64,000 nucleotides of DNA, taken from Curvularia clavata. Taxonomy: Eukaryota. Under the pieces are notes generated by a model that saw only the letters and a program-made list of their open reading frames with translations, did no database searches and was not told the origin of the DNA. Position numbers and translations under genes: made by a program. This document shows, one piece after another, positions 25,012-36,800 of the stretch (positions are counted from its first letter, which is position 1; every line of letters begins with the position of its first letter). The DNA is taken from the NCBI GenBank assembly GCA_023920165.1, contig CP089277.1, forward strand, positions 2,170,001 to 2,234,000, given 5' to 3'.

Positions 25012-26915
25012 TTCTGCCGCTGCCGAATACCATGCCCACTGGCCCTGCGTCATTGCAAGCCTCCTGATCCGTTCCATTCTTCTCCATCCTCTTTTGTGTT
25101 TTACAGCCACAACTGACAGCAAGCACGTACTTTTCACTTTGATTTGACACGTATGGACTTTGCTCCAGACAATGCCATTTACTGTTACATTTCATCCTTC
25201 TTCTCAAAACTTCAGTGACAGTGCAGCAATTGACATGCTTTCTTATACCCATAGCTTACACACTGATCGGCCAGGTTCTCGTGTCTATACTATTCCAACA
25301 CTGAAAACCCCTATGTTACCTTTGACGTCAAATCGTTGGTGATGCTCGCTCTACAGTAGGGCAACCAGGAACCGTTCCAAGCCTCTTGATTGGTATACTC
25401 TGCGCTGTCTATATAAACCCACCAAAAAGAAAAGCGTGATAGTTTCCAGCTTACTCCCAATACAACGCCCAGCTATCCCCGGCCCCACGTCATCAGCCAT
25501 ATGTACAATCCCCCATCATCCTTCATCCTTCGACCATCCTCCCGACCACCACATTGCGGGGGAACAAGAATTTCCCGTCCGAGACATCCAGCACACGCCA
25601 TTGCACTGACCGCCTTCTAGAAACCCATCTGTTTACTACAAGGGGATTTTTTCCCCTCATCAAATCAACTTGCTGCATGCCCTTGTTCAGGCGCGCTACC
25701 GGACCAGGATGTTGCCCTTGGCCCTTGGACTACTCCGGAGCTGAGCTGAGCTGGGGGCTGAACCAAGGTATTGGTTGGTGCCTTATCATGATCTTGATTT
25801 TCTGGCGCGCTAGAACGCAGTGAGGGTACTTACGTAGTAACTGTGGAAATGGGATGGATGATTTGTCACAAAAAAGCAACATGGTCCCGATGTACATACA
25901 TACGCACATGCACATGTAATGCGGCTGTGGGAACGTGTGAGTGTGGGTAGTAGGTACATGAGGGGGGAGGGATATGGAGGCGCGATAACCGCGGTGGTGG
26001 AATTACTCGGGCGGCGAAAGAGAAAGAGAAATTTGTTTCATGTACATGGAAGGAAAGAGTCGTGGATATTGGGGATTTGGGCACATTATCCTCTTAGCCT
26101 ATATTCGCTATCTTGTCGTGTTTTCTCCTCCATCTCCCTACTTCCTCTGCCTCCGATCTAACATCTTATACCCATGTCCTTCTTTTTCTTTTCTGCGCAT
26201 TCTCCTCTCTTCCACGCTTCTGCAAGATATCGATAGTACAAAGAACCCTCGGCTCAGAACTGTTTTCGTTTTTAGGCATCCCACTAGATAACCTGCCATT
26301 TGGGTCTAAGCGCCCATTCAGCCGCGTTTTTCTCGTGTTCGTGTTGATGGGCAGCATGGATTAGGAAGTGGCTAGGAAACGGGCATATTGTGGCGCGAAT
26401 CTGGACCCGGTGTGGCGTCAGGATCGGACGATGGGTACGGCGTGTTGATCGGACCTGGGTTCAGTGCTTTAGGGAAATATGCCTGAGGGGTCAGAGTAGA
26501 GAATTATGTAGCGAGGACGGGCCTGCGGCATATGTAAGTCAGTAGTCGAGATAGATCAGACTAGTAGACTTACATAATTCTGGTCCTTGCTTATTTTTTT
26601 CTATACTAGACCAATCTCTTTCTTGGCCTGTAACCATGCAAGATATCAAAGAACAGGATGTAAGAGAAGACCTGATGTCACATGGTAATGTTAAACAAAT
26701 ACACTATCAAATATCGTTGCATCTACCCTGAACTTATATACATCTCCTATCATAACAAGCGTAAGTAATACAAGAACACATGTCTACAGTGCTAAAGACA
26801 TCAACTATACTAAGACTGTTCCACACAACCAAATTCACCACCAACACCCCCTAAATGCGTCTTCTCGCAATGTGTTTTCCATTCCAACCCAACACATCCT
26901 CTCCCTTCCACAGCA

Positions 26916-27224
26916 TCATGACCTCCCCATCATCCGACTCCTCTCACCCTCCCTCATCATTCCTCTGAAGTTCCTGCCCCTTACCTCCGTCATATATTCC
27001 ATCTGCTCGGCACTAACGTTCTTAACCCCGTTTCCACTTGGCCTAAACCCAAATGTCTTGTGTATGGCGTAGCCAATGCAGACCGCCATACCAGCTCCGA
27101 GGATTATCAGGAGGATCATGGCGGCGATAGGAAGCGGGTAGTCGTCGTCGCGCTTTGTGAGTGGGGAGGCGGTTGTCATGGGTAGGGTGAGGAGGAGGGC
27201 TGAGATGGTGATGGTAGGTATCAT
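26916..27224 (-). CDS. Small single-pass membrane protein with signal peptide (~102 aa)
   Basis: MIPTITISALLLTLPMTTASP signal-like segment, KR dibasic site, hydrophobic helix IAAMILLIILGAGMAVCIGYAI, charged tail EQMEYMTEVRGRN. Confidence 0.7.
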   Translation of the reverse strand: MIPTITISALLLTLPMTTASPLTKRDDDYPLPIAAMILLIILGAGMAVCIGYAIHKTFGFRPSGNGVKNVSAEQMEYMTEVRGRNFRGMMREGERSRMMGRS

Positions 27225-28877
27225 GTTTGGGTTGTTTGAGTTGGTGGTTAATTGAGGTGTGTTATTGTTTGCCGAGCTTCCCAGAGAGGACGGTGTCGAA
27301 GGCAGGTATATTATTGACAGTTTGAGCGTCGATTTTAGGTTTGATGGGAGAGTCGAGCGGCTATTGGTGTGATCCAAAGGCACTGTCTTGGGGAGATGGC
27401 AATGTGGATAATGAAGTGGTCCCTGATCGATGATTTTGTATGGTATGATAAGAGGTGGTCGTATGGAAGTAAAAAGAATGAATACAATCTCTTTTGGAGT
27501 AAGAATGTCTCGTCGGCTGCGTCGAAAGCTCTTTCAACAAACGGATCAAAGCTAGCTGTAGATTTCGAACTCGAATCGTAGACTCGCAAACAGACGGAAC
27601 AAAAGAAACCCCCCAAGATAACAGCAGCGCATACAAGCCTTTTTCAACACCAATCTATTCTCTCCTTCTCCACTCATGTCCTGCCTTACCCGTGTCTCAA
27701 TACCTGTAATCCCATACACGCACTGACCACAACTCGTACATTTCCCTTTTCGCCCTGGCGTCTTTCGCTGAATTTGCAACCTGATTGGCTACTCTGCCAC
27801 ACCTCTGTCAGCATGATATCCACTATGCACGTGACAATGCGAGCGGGCCAATGGGAGTGCGTCAATCTATTTTCTGTAATGCCCTTGATTGTTCCTGCAG
27901 GACCTTGTCGATTCTGCAAGGCGTTAAAAATGTATCGAAGGATTTCGTGCGTGGCGCAATGGACCGAAGTATGTGGACGATTGAGGAGAGTGGTGCCTTG
28001 GGGACCGGTGAGGATGGGGTTTGTGTGCGTCGGCAAGACGGAATAGGCGAGAAGGGCAAGGCGGGTTGGATCGTTTGAGATTGTGAGCAATTCTGACTAG
28101 TGATGGGCAGTTTTCTTGATTTTATTCTTATCGCAACAAGAAGCTTGGGGGAGTGAGGCTCTATCAGTAGTCGTGTTGTTAATGAGCTTTACGAAAGATT
28201 GTGCAATCGTGATGTCGAGTCTTGTTAGGTTCGCAGATAGGCACCACTGTCATGGGAATGGATTTCTGAAATACTAGATGAGTAAGATTATGAATTCTAT
28301 CTTGAATATCGTCGGAGTTGAGAACAAGGAATGTCGTAGCAACATCGTAGCAAGATGCATTTTCTCAAAGAGTAGTTTGCCAAAGAACGATGCATTTAGC
28401 ACGCCAAATCCCATCAGTATCTAACTTAGAGAAAGTGAGGTATTGGAAGCTTTGCTCAAAGTCCATGTCATATATGGAAATACATGGCTATTCGACTAAA
28501 GTGCCAGCTAGAAGCGGAGTAGTTAGCCATATGCGTCTTGGATGGTGCCAAGCGCATGTCTCCGGAAATCTGGTTGAAAGCATGCACACATACTCCCCAT
28601 TATCACAGACGCCTAGCCAAGTTCCCGCCTGCTGCTAGAAGTCCTTTAAGCATCACGTACGTATTTCAAGCTTATCTCAACGGCAACGACATGTCTTATA
28701 ATTCTAGCGATATATTACAAAGACATAGGCTTGCGAGCCAGTCGCCCAAACAAGTTTCAAATTTACTCGGAGGTGACTCCGTTTCCCCCCACGAAAGCGT
28801 GACCGGTTACTTTTCTACTGCGCGAAAGGAAAATCTAGGACTAAACCAAAAAAGGCCGACTATATTGACGGGGGTAT

Positions 28878-30110
28878 CTACAAAGCCCAAGCGGCGGCGG
28901 CAAAGACAGCGGAAAGACCCATGGCCATGGTGTTGACAATGAGGGCTGAGCTAGCGCCGTTGCTCTCTGGTGCTGAGGATGGCTTGGAAGAGCTCTGGGC
29001 ACCGCCACTGCTGCTAGTGCTGCTGCCACTGCCGCTGCTGCTGCTGCCACCAGTGCTGGTGCTGTTACCGCTGTCACCGGTAGTGGAGTTGCTGGAACCG
29101 CCGGTGGTGGAAGTACCGTTGTTGCTGCTCTCGCTGCCCGAGGCGGCAGGTAGCTTGACGTCCTTGTCGCAAGTGAGGTCGAAGCGAGCGGTGGTGGACA
29201 GGTTGTCAGAGATGGCGAACTTGACCTTGTTCTCTGGGTTGGCGTCACGGAGAGTGTACCAGAAGACGTTCTTCTTGTTGAAGAGGGCGCAGCCGACAGT
29301 CTTCCAGTAGGTCTTGAGGTTGTCGACAGAGGACTTGGCAGCGCCAAAGTCGGGACCGGTGTATGACCAGCCAGTCTCGGTGATCCAGACGTCCTTGCTT
29401 CCAGCAACGCCCTCGGTGGCGGCGACGGCATCGCTCAAAAGCTGACCGGCGTTCTCGATGCTGTTGTTGTGCTCCTGCTCGTAGAAGGGGAAGGCGTTGA
29501 CGGAGAGGAAGTCAACCTCGTCAATAACGGCCTTGTTGGACTCGTTGACCCAGGCAGTCCAGGTGTCGACGTGGGTGATCTTGACGTCCTTGAGAGGGGT
29601 ATCGGCAAGGCGCTTGCGGGCGTCCTTGATGAACTTGACAATCATCTCGGCGCTGTTACCAACGCCAGACTTGTTCCTGATACCAGGCTCGGACACGCGG
29701 TAGAGATCCTCGCTACCAATGGAGAGACCAACAATGAGGTCGGTGAGCTTGGTGCCATACTCCTCGACGGCAGAGCTGAGCGCCTTGAGCTCATTGTCGA
29801 TGTTGTCAGAGCCCGAGGCCCACACACCAAGGAGCAGCTTGGAGTTTGTGGCAATGGCGGCAGGGAAAGCGGCAATGGGGGTATCCGTGGTGTAGGCCTG
29901 GATGTTGGAGTAGAGACGGATGGTGTTGAATTTGCCGGGGGCATTCTTGAGGTTCTGGGCAGTCTTGAACTCCTTCTCGAAGTCGGCCTGGGACTTTGCC
30001 TTGCCCTGGTCGTCGGTCGCGCCAGAGTTGAAACCCAGGACAAGGGAGTCTTGGGCAGCGGCACCGCCGATGGCGGCAGCCGCGAAGGCGAGGGCAGTGG
30101 TGAAACGCAT
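28878..30110 (-). CDS. eglC: GPI-anchored glycoside hydrolase family 17 endo-1,3-beta-glucanase (EglC-like)
   Basis: Signal peptide; IRLYS, IGSEDLYR and WITETGW (the two GH17 catalytic Glu motifs); Ser/Gly/Thr-rich stalk; hydrophobic C-terminal GPI signal. Intronless. Confidence 0.93.
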   Translation of the reverse strand: MRFTTALAFAAAAIGGAAAQDSLVLGFNSGATDDQGKAKSQADFEKEFKTAQNLKNAPGKFNTIRLYSNIQAYTTDTPIAAFPAAIATNSKLLLGVWASGSDNIDNELKALSSAVEEYGTKLTDLIVGLSIGSEDLYRVSEPGIRNKSGVGNSAEMIVKFIKDARKRLADTPLKDVKITHVDTWTAWVNESNKAVIDEVDFLSVNAFPFYEQEHNNSIENAGQLLSDAVAATEGVAGSKDVWITETGWSYTGPDFGAAKSSVDNLKTYWKTVGCALFNKKNVFWYTLRDANPENKVKFAISDNLSTTARFDLTCDKDVKLPAASGSESSNNGTSTTGGSSNSTTGDSGNSTSTGGSSSSGSGSSTSSSGGAQSSSKPSSAPESNGASSALIVNTMAMGLSAVFAAAAWAL

Positions 30111-30903
30111 GTTGAGATAAGATGTGGGTTAAGAGAGTGACTGTGGTTCGAGACCGAAAAGTGGAAAAGCGAGTGTGTTAAAAGAAAGATGGGAAAGGTG
30201 AGAAGAAGAAAGACGAATGGTATAGCCACGCACCGGGGAAGTCGTCGCTGCTGAGCCAGCCCCCGTTTGGTTTTAGAGCCCGCCGCTATTCACGCGCCCG
30301 TAATTGCGCTGCTAGGGGATGGCGTGCTCTCATTGGCCAGCGCTGCGCCTCCCAGCGGCGCCATCCCTTCAGCTTGGCCTTGGCGCCGCCGCTTAGGGGC
30401 TGGCCGCCTCGTATTTTGGGAACACCGCGCATCCCATGAAACAGGGAGTTGATGACTATGCTTCATGCTTGCAGCTTGCACCCATCGCCTACACACGTCC
30501 TCACTTGATTGCCGACGCCACTGACAGTCTTGCTGTTGATGATTGCTCATCGGCTTTGTACTCCACGACGGCCTTCGGACTTGTACATCGGTGGCGACGA
30601 TGCCCGCTTTTGCCCACGGACTCTGGCCATGACGACGACTCCGCCATTGACAAGGCCGGTGCCCTTTTGGTTCATCCGCTTACCCCTTTCGCCCTGCATT
30701 CCACGGGGAAGCCAGTCAGAATTTCCCCAGAACACATGAGTTTGGCCATGATGCCCGAGCGATCCAAGGCCAACCATTACGGAGTACGAGAAGCCACCGA
30801 TCCAGGTCCACTCTAAACTGCGATCTCCCAGGGGGGGTTGGGGGGTTCGGTCACTTTATTGTGTACTGATGATTGATAAGCTGCACAACTATTGATACTC
30901 CTC

Positions 30904-31797
30904 CTAGACGTACGCTGGCGGTCCTTCCCCTCTCTCGTACTTGGGTACTGGATCACAGTCTCCTGCATCTCCTTGCCTATTCGCCTCTGGTACCACATCT
31001 CCAACGTCGATCCATAAAAACACTTTGGTTGCCCCAGTCCCAGTGCAGCTCTCCACCTTTCCCATTCGCTTTTCGTTCTTTCCAATTGCTTGACCAAGCG
31101 CACGGAGAAAGTGATTGTGCTCAGTAGTCTTGTTAGGCCGATATTGCAGAACAATCAGGTCTGCGTAGGTGATGCTTGGATGTGTCCACTCGGGCAAGGG
31201 AGCGTTGGGGACATAGCGCACCGCGTACAGATGGCGGACATGCTCGCGTATCCGCGATGCTTCGGGCGACACTGGAGCTGGCTGTTTCGTACGGGGGATT
31301 TCGCTTTCATCTTCGCTTCAGTCAGTACCATTCTTGGATTTCAAGGAAACTCTCGTTCCGCAGTCACACTCACCAAGCTCATTAATAGCATCGAGAAAAT
31401 CATGGACGAAAGTCCCGGTTCTCTTCATGCGAGCATCGGCATGCCCAAATGGACTTGTCACCACCGAAAATGACCTTCCCGCTCTTTCTGGTCTTGTCAC
31501 GTTCGCTTTTCTCACTTCTCTCTCGATCCTTTTTCTTTCGATAATCTCCCGCGCCCATAGCTCCATCAGCTTTGTCCGCCGACTGACCTCCCGCCCCCGG
31601 CGTTTTTCGTGCTCTAACCTCTCCCTTGTGCGTATTTCAGTAATGTATGGAGAATCAGAGGCATGTTGGTCGACACGGTAGCCCCAAGAAGCGAAGTCGC
31701 TGGCTATGAATGGAACAGTTGTCAAGAATGGTCGGGGTATTAAAGGCGCGTGTATGAGGTAAATCTTTGAGCCCAGGTGTTCAACTGCTGTCGGCAT
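30904..31797 (-). CDS. Hypothetical protein with a C-terminal PPxY motif
   Basis: ORF 31318-31797 joins the frame of ORF 30904-31272 through a putative intron 31311-31373 (GTGAGT donor, TACTGAC branch, weak AAG acceptor). Product ends PVPKYERGEGPPAYV. Confidence 0.55.
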
Positions 31798-33895
31798 GTT
31801 TGCGCTGAACGTATGTTTGGCCTTGCTTTTGCTGGGGTTACTACTGGCGTGTGTATGGATATTGCTTTTTATTGGGATACTCCTAGAGTATGTTTGTTTT
31901 CTTTTGCCCGCAAGAGGTGGTGATGATGATGCCAGCTAGATATAAGAAACGAAAAGAATGTCCAAGTCGCCGAGGAGCCTGTGTTTCACCGCAACATATA
32001 TGTCTATCCATGTCCCATAGGAAACTAGTTGCATTAGCATCATGTCAGCAAATTCTGTGGTGCACTTGACATGGCTCGGATCTGAAGTCAGCACCAGGGC
32101 GCGTTTCAGCGATGGGTTTTCACTTTCGGCAACCGGTGCCTTGCCTTGGCTTTAGCCATCCCGACACAGTCCCGTTCCAGTATCAGCCCAATGCGAGATA
32201 GGGCTGGTACACCACACGACGATGGACACATGCTCGCCTTGGGTCCTGTCTGTCACTGTTCGTCACTACTTGGCGTATAGCGGACAACGGGGCGATCTAA
32301 ACGCTGTGCATGTGCTTCTCGCAGTTTTTGATTACCTGCGCCACAGTTTCAGCTAACCTCCGAGGCCAACACGCTAGCTTACCGCATCTGGATATGTGAC
32401 ATGCCAACTGTCAAGCAAATTCGGACGCTACAGACTGTGGTCCAGTCTCAGTTGACGGTTGCGGTCATTGGCGATGGGGATGACCCTTGTTGTTATCGAG
32501 GGAGACATGTTGGTGACAAGCATGATGGCTAGGGTGACGATGCAACGGTCTCTACCGGAACATTAATCGCTAGCTCGAATGACTTGAAAGCCGATCTAAG
32601 CGCCCTCATCTCTGTCTTTCTTATTTTGCTTTGTTTTCTCGCCGGAGAGAATGGTCCCTGAATAATAACGGCCACGCTATTCTCTAGCTGAAGCTCCGAC
32701 AACGATGTCCCGAAATAGTCCCGCGACGAGAAGTTCATGCGTTGCCGGTCGCTCAGGACTAAGATTCTTTTGTCAGCCCCAGCGATGCGGTAGGTTTACC
32801 GCGTAACAGGAAGGACAAGGAAAGTTTCTGACGTGTGAACTCTAACACTACGACGTCTGCTCACATTAGCTATCAAATGAGGCATATGAACCAATAAAAT
32901 CTCTTTTACTGGTTTCGAAACATGTGGCATGGTTTGGGAAAAAGTAGGCGCCACACGCAGACTTCGAAACGATCATCCCTTTGTTTCACAGTGTGACTAT
33001 CTCGACGCCACACTGTGATCAACCACTTCTCTGGAGCTCTCACGCGTGCACAAAAAACACAATTGCATTCACAAAGATGCCATTCTCCTGCCATCATTCA
33101 CCCTCTGACTGTGCCCATTTATAGCGATCAGCCGAACGAATCTCGCTTCCACCGTCGTCGCATCATAGCGGCGGATGGATCCGCGCACAACCGGTCTAAA
33201 CTACCAACCAATGATACAAAGTCTCCTTTTCTACTAGTAACAAGGCTAGACTTTGTTTGCGCTACTACTATTTTCACACTACTGGGAGGGCGGTTGCGGC
33301 GGATGAGAAGTAGCTGAGGCGAAGAAAAGGGAGGTGTGACTTGGCTTTACCCACGTGCTTTGGGCGAAGAGATAGCCAGTATGGTCATGTCCGTAGTGGC
33401 ATCAGCTTGATGAGAAGAAATAGAAAAGGCTAGCGAGTTCATATTGCAAAGTTCACCTGCTCAACTCAAGACGCTTCTACGTTGGCTTTCCCTCTTTTTC
33501 TGCATCACGGTAAACAAGGCCAAAGTCGAATGCATGTTATCAGACGAAAAATGTAGTTTGCATCCCGTGAAATCAGAACCATGGTATCTCGCAAGCAAGC
33601 TAACAAGTTATTAAGCAAAAAGCGACGCAAAAGGTAAACATAATATCTTTTCCAACGTGAGCGAGAGAAGAGAAGAGACCTATGCATACCAGCATGCAAT
33701 AGTTGTGTATCCCTTGCCACCCTATACATTAACAAAACAAATTGCTCCAAAAACATTACATGTCATAGTGTCTTTCGCTCCTAATCGTCCGTCCCTCTTT
33801 TTGTCCCCATGTATGTACATTCGCACATATTGTCACACCCTAATTTACCATGATGAATAAAAGAGTTCATGCTCCATCTCCCCACTGCCCACTCC

Positions 33896-36800
33896 TTACA
33901 AGTCGGCACTCTTGGGGTTGACGAGATAAATATCAGGCACCTTGGGTACTTGAGGACTCTTTTGCAGAGCCTGTTTGATTGCCTCTCTCGTCTTGGTGCT
34001 GTCTTTGCCATCACCGCCCCCTCCAGTAAGCCTCCGCATGCCATTTCTGAAGCGACTTCTCGCATCCTGTGCCATGGGCTTGATCGTGCTGTCAAGGTGG
34101 AATGAACCAGCTTTGTCGGTACTGTTGGATCGGCCAGTGGTGTATTCGTCGTCGGAGAAGGTCTCGCCTTGTTCGTCCAGAACAGTCGAGGACAAGGAGG
34201 GAGAAATGCGCTGGGTTTGGTTTGGCGCAGATGGTGAAGTTACAGAGCGAGCGTGAAGACCAACCGGCCGCGAGGGATTGCTTGTCGGAGGTAAGGCGGG
34301 GGCAGAGGAGCTGGCAAAGGAGCTGAAAGCGCCTGGTGTCATAACGCCAGGGTCTCTGGCTGGTGAGAGTTTGATATCAGATATGAAGCCTGATTGAAAG
34401 GATGTAACAGAAGCGTTGCGCGTAAGAGATTTGTGCAGAATGGGCGCTGTCTGTTGATCGTATAGATTTTCGCGCATGTCATGAGCATACGGTCCATTTG
34501 TGTGACGTCCTGAAGATGAAAAGTTGGGCAGATCAGTCAATGTCTCGGCATCGTCGTCATCTTCGAAGAAGTCGTCGAGGCTGTCCAGTTTCATGACTAG
34601 CTCCCCAATATGGCTATCACCGCGAGTGTCTTCAGATGTCATGGTCGCAGTTCGGTGGTAATCGGACAGTGGGCTGAAAGGAAATTCCTCTTGGCGGAAC
34701 TCGACCTTGGGTGTCTCTGTTTGAGCCGCATGCATTCCGCCAAAGTTGCCGCAAGTATAGAAAACTGCGTGGACGTTTGCCCTCGTCAACTGTGAATGCA
34801 GAGCAGGCATTGGGATTGACCATCCACTCTCCTCGGGAATACCATAAAGCGACTGCGTCTTTTCAAACTGTTTCTTGTACCCCCTTGAAGAGTGTGAGCC
34901 TGCCATGCTCATACGAATATGTTGCTTGTCGAACGGTGCGAGGGTGCTAGTCATATTAAGATTAATGACAAAGTCGAGGACTCTCAATGCCTGTGGGCAG
35001 TATGCGCTTTGTAGGAGCCGTAGGAGCGGCGAGAAGAGATCGGAACCCTTTAATGCCATTTCTGGCTTGCGCATGTCGATTTCAGGAAGCAGGAGACACA
35101 AGGCTTCCATTGTATTGATCTTCATCCAATCGATCTTGTTCATTAACAGGCCCAAGAGGAAGACCAAGCAGCCAAACTCGTTGTCGGGAAAGAATGAAGA
35201 ACGTATTGCAAGGATGGTCTGCGCAAGGAAGTCCTTTTCGTGACGATATCTTCCCATTGCAAAGGCAGTCAACGCCTCCGATAGCGAAGTGTCCTCATAG
35301 TGCTGCTCGGCGACCTGAGCAAGCACCTCGGCAGTAGCTCTTGTGCTTGGATCCTGGACTGAAGAATCGAACGAACGTAGAAACCTTGGCAAGTTTCCGA
35401 GGATGGTATACATCAGCCGGCTGTCGTCACCCACAATGCGACTTGAAGGTAGGACTACCAGTCTCTCCAAAATCCGCAGAGAGCGATCCAGACAAACACT
35501 TGATCGGATACCCTTGTATGTGAGCTGGGAGAGACCCTCAAACTTTCCCTCCCACTTATCTGGGCAGCTCTGCTCCAATGTCATGAGCACGTCTTCATTG
35601 CCCAGATCAAGCTTGTCCAAGAATCTGTCTAGCATGAGTAAACTTTCCATGAACTCGCCCTCATGTATTGTGTCCAGGCATGCGCATGTCGTCCAGAAGA
35701 GCTGTGGATATTGGATGAGGTCTTCTGGTGTCAGTGCCTCAATGATGGTTCTCAGTGTCGTGAGGATTTCCATCGAGAAGGTTTGTATGTCGCTTTCCTC
35801 ATCCGATATTGTGTTCGAAAGTCTGGCGAGCATGTCGGAAAGCATCTGCTGGTCAAGCGAGCTCAGGATACAGCGGAAGAGTTGAAATGATCGACAAGCG
35901 ATATGTCGAACAGGACAAGAGGTTGCCCAATTCAATGCTACCCTTCCCCATGCTTCTCTTAGCCCAGGGTAGGCGAAAGTGAAGAACTTCATCACTTCTC
36001 CAGAAACGTACTCCATAGGTTCAGGGACCTTTGTGGTTGAATCAGTCGCATCTTTGCCGTTCTCATCATCGTAACTCCACACGACCTTGCTGTCGCGCTG
36101 TCGAATACCTTCGACAAAGTCTTCGATAGACCTCTTGTCAATACCCGGTGTGTCATCTTCAATCTTCGATATGACAAGTTCGTGGATCAAATGAACCAGC
36201 ATCTCGCGAGCCTGGTCTTGTACAACGGCTGTATAGTGATCCCAGAGGACCAGGACCACCTGCAGAAGAAGAGGGATATGCTCTTTCGCAACCTCAACGG
36301 GAGAGACCATGAGGTCTACCAGCAATATAAGACAGACCTGGCCCAAAGCAAAACCCGACTATTGATATTAGCATTACGACGATGCAGAGATTAGGGAATA
36401 CAAACCTGCTTGTTGCTACTAGGCAAAACCTTTGTGAGATCAGCCAAGTAGGGAAGGTTCACAGCATCCGGTGGTGGCGGCATAGGTTCACGTTTCTCGC
36501 TCACCATAGATCTAGGATTGATCTGAAGCAGCAAAAACTCAACCACTTTCAGTCCGGCAGGCGTACTTGACAAATGGACGACAATCTGCTTGGAGTAGTC
36601 GACATAATTCTGCTCTCTTCTATCCAAGCACAGATTGATGATGAAGTTCAGAATCAATTGAACATTGCCACCATAGGGCCCAGTCGCCAGTGCTTGCCAA
36701 AGCGCCTGGATTTCATTGTGCAATACATTACCAGAAGTAAATGTGATCTCGAACAGGTTGACGAGTAGCATGTAAGAGTTAGCTGTTGGTCCGCCATCCG

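Noticed and set aside
30141..30160. GGTTCGAGACC resembling a tRNA T-loop/B-box
   Set aside because: No cloverleaf or A-box; it lies in the GH17 5' leader.
28841..30229. Long antisense and alternate-frame ORFs over the GH17 gene (similar ones over cprA, Lon and the RRM gene)
   Set aside because: Expected shadows of strongly C/G-ending codon usage in real genes; no independent protein features.
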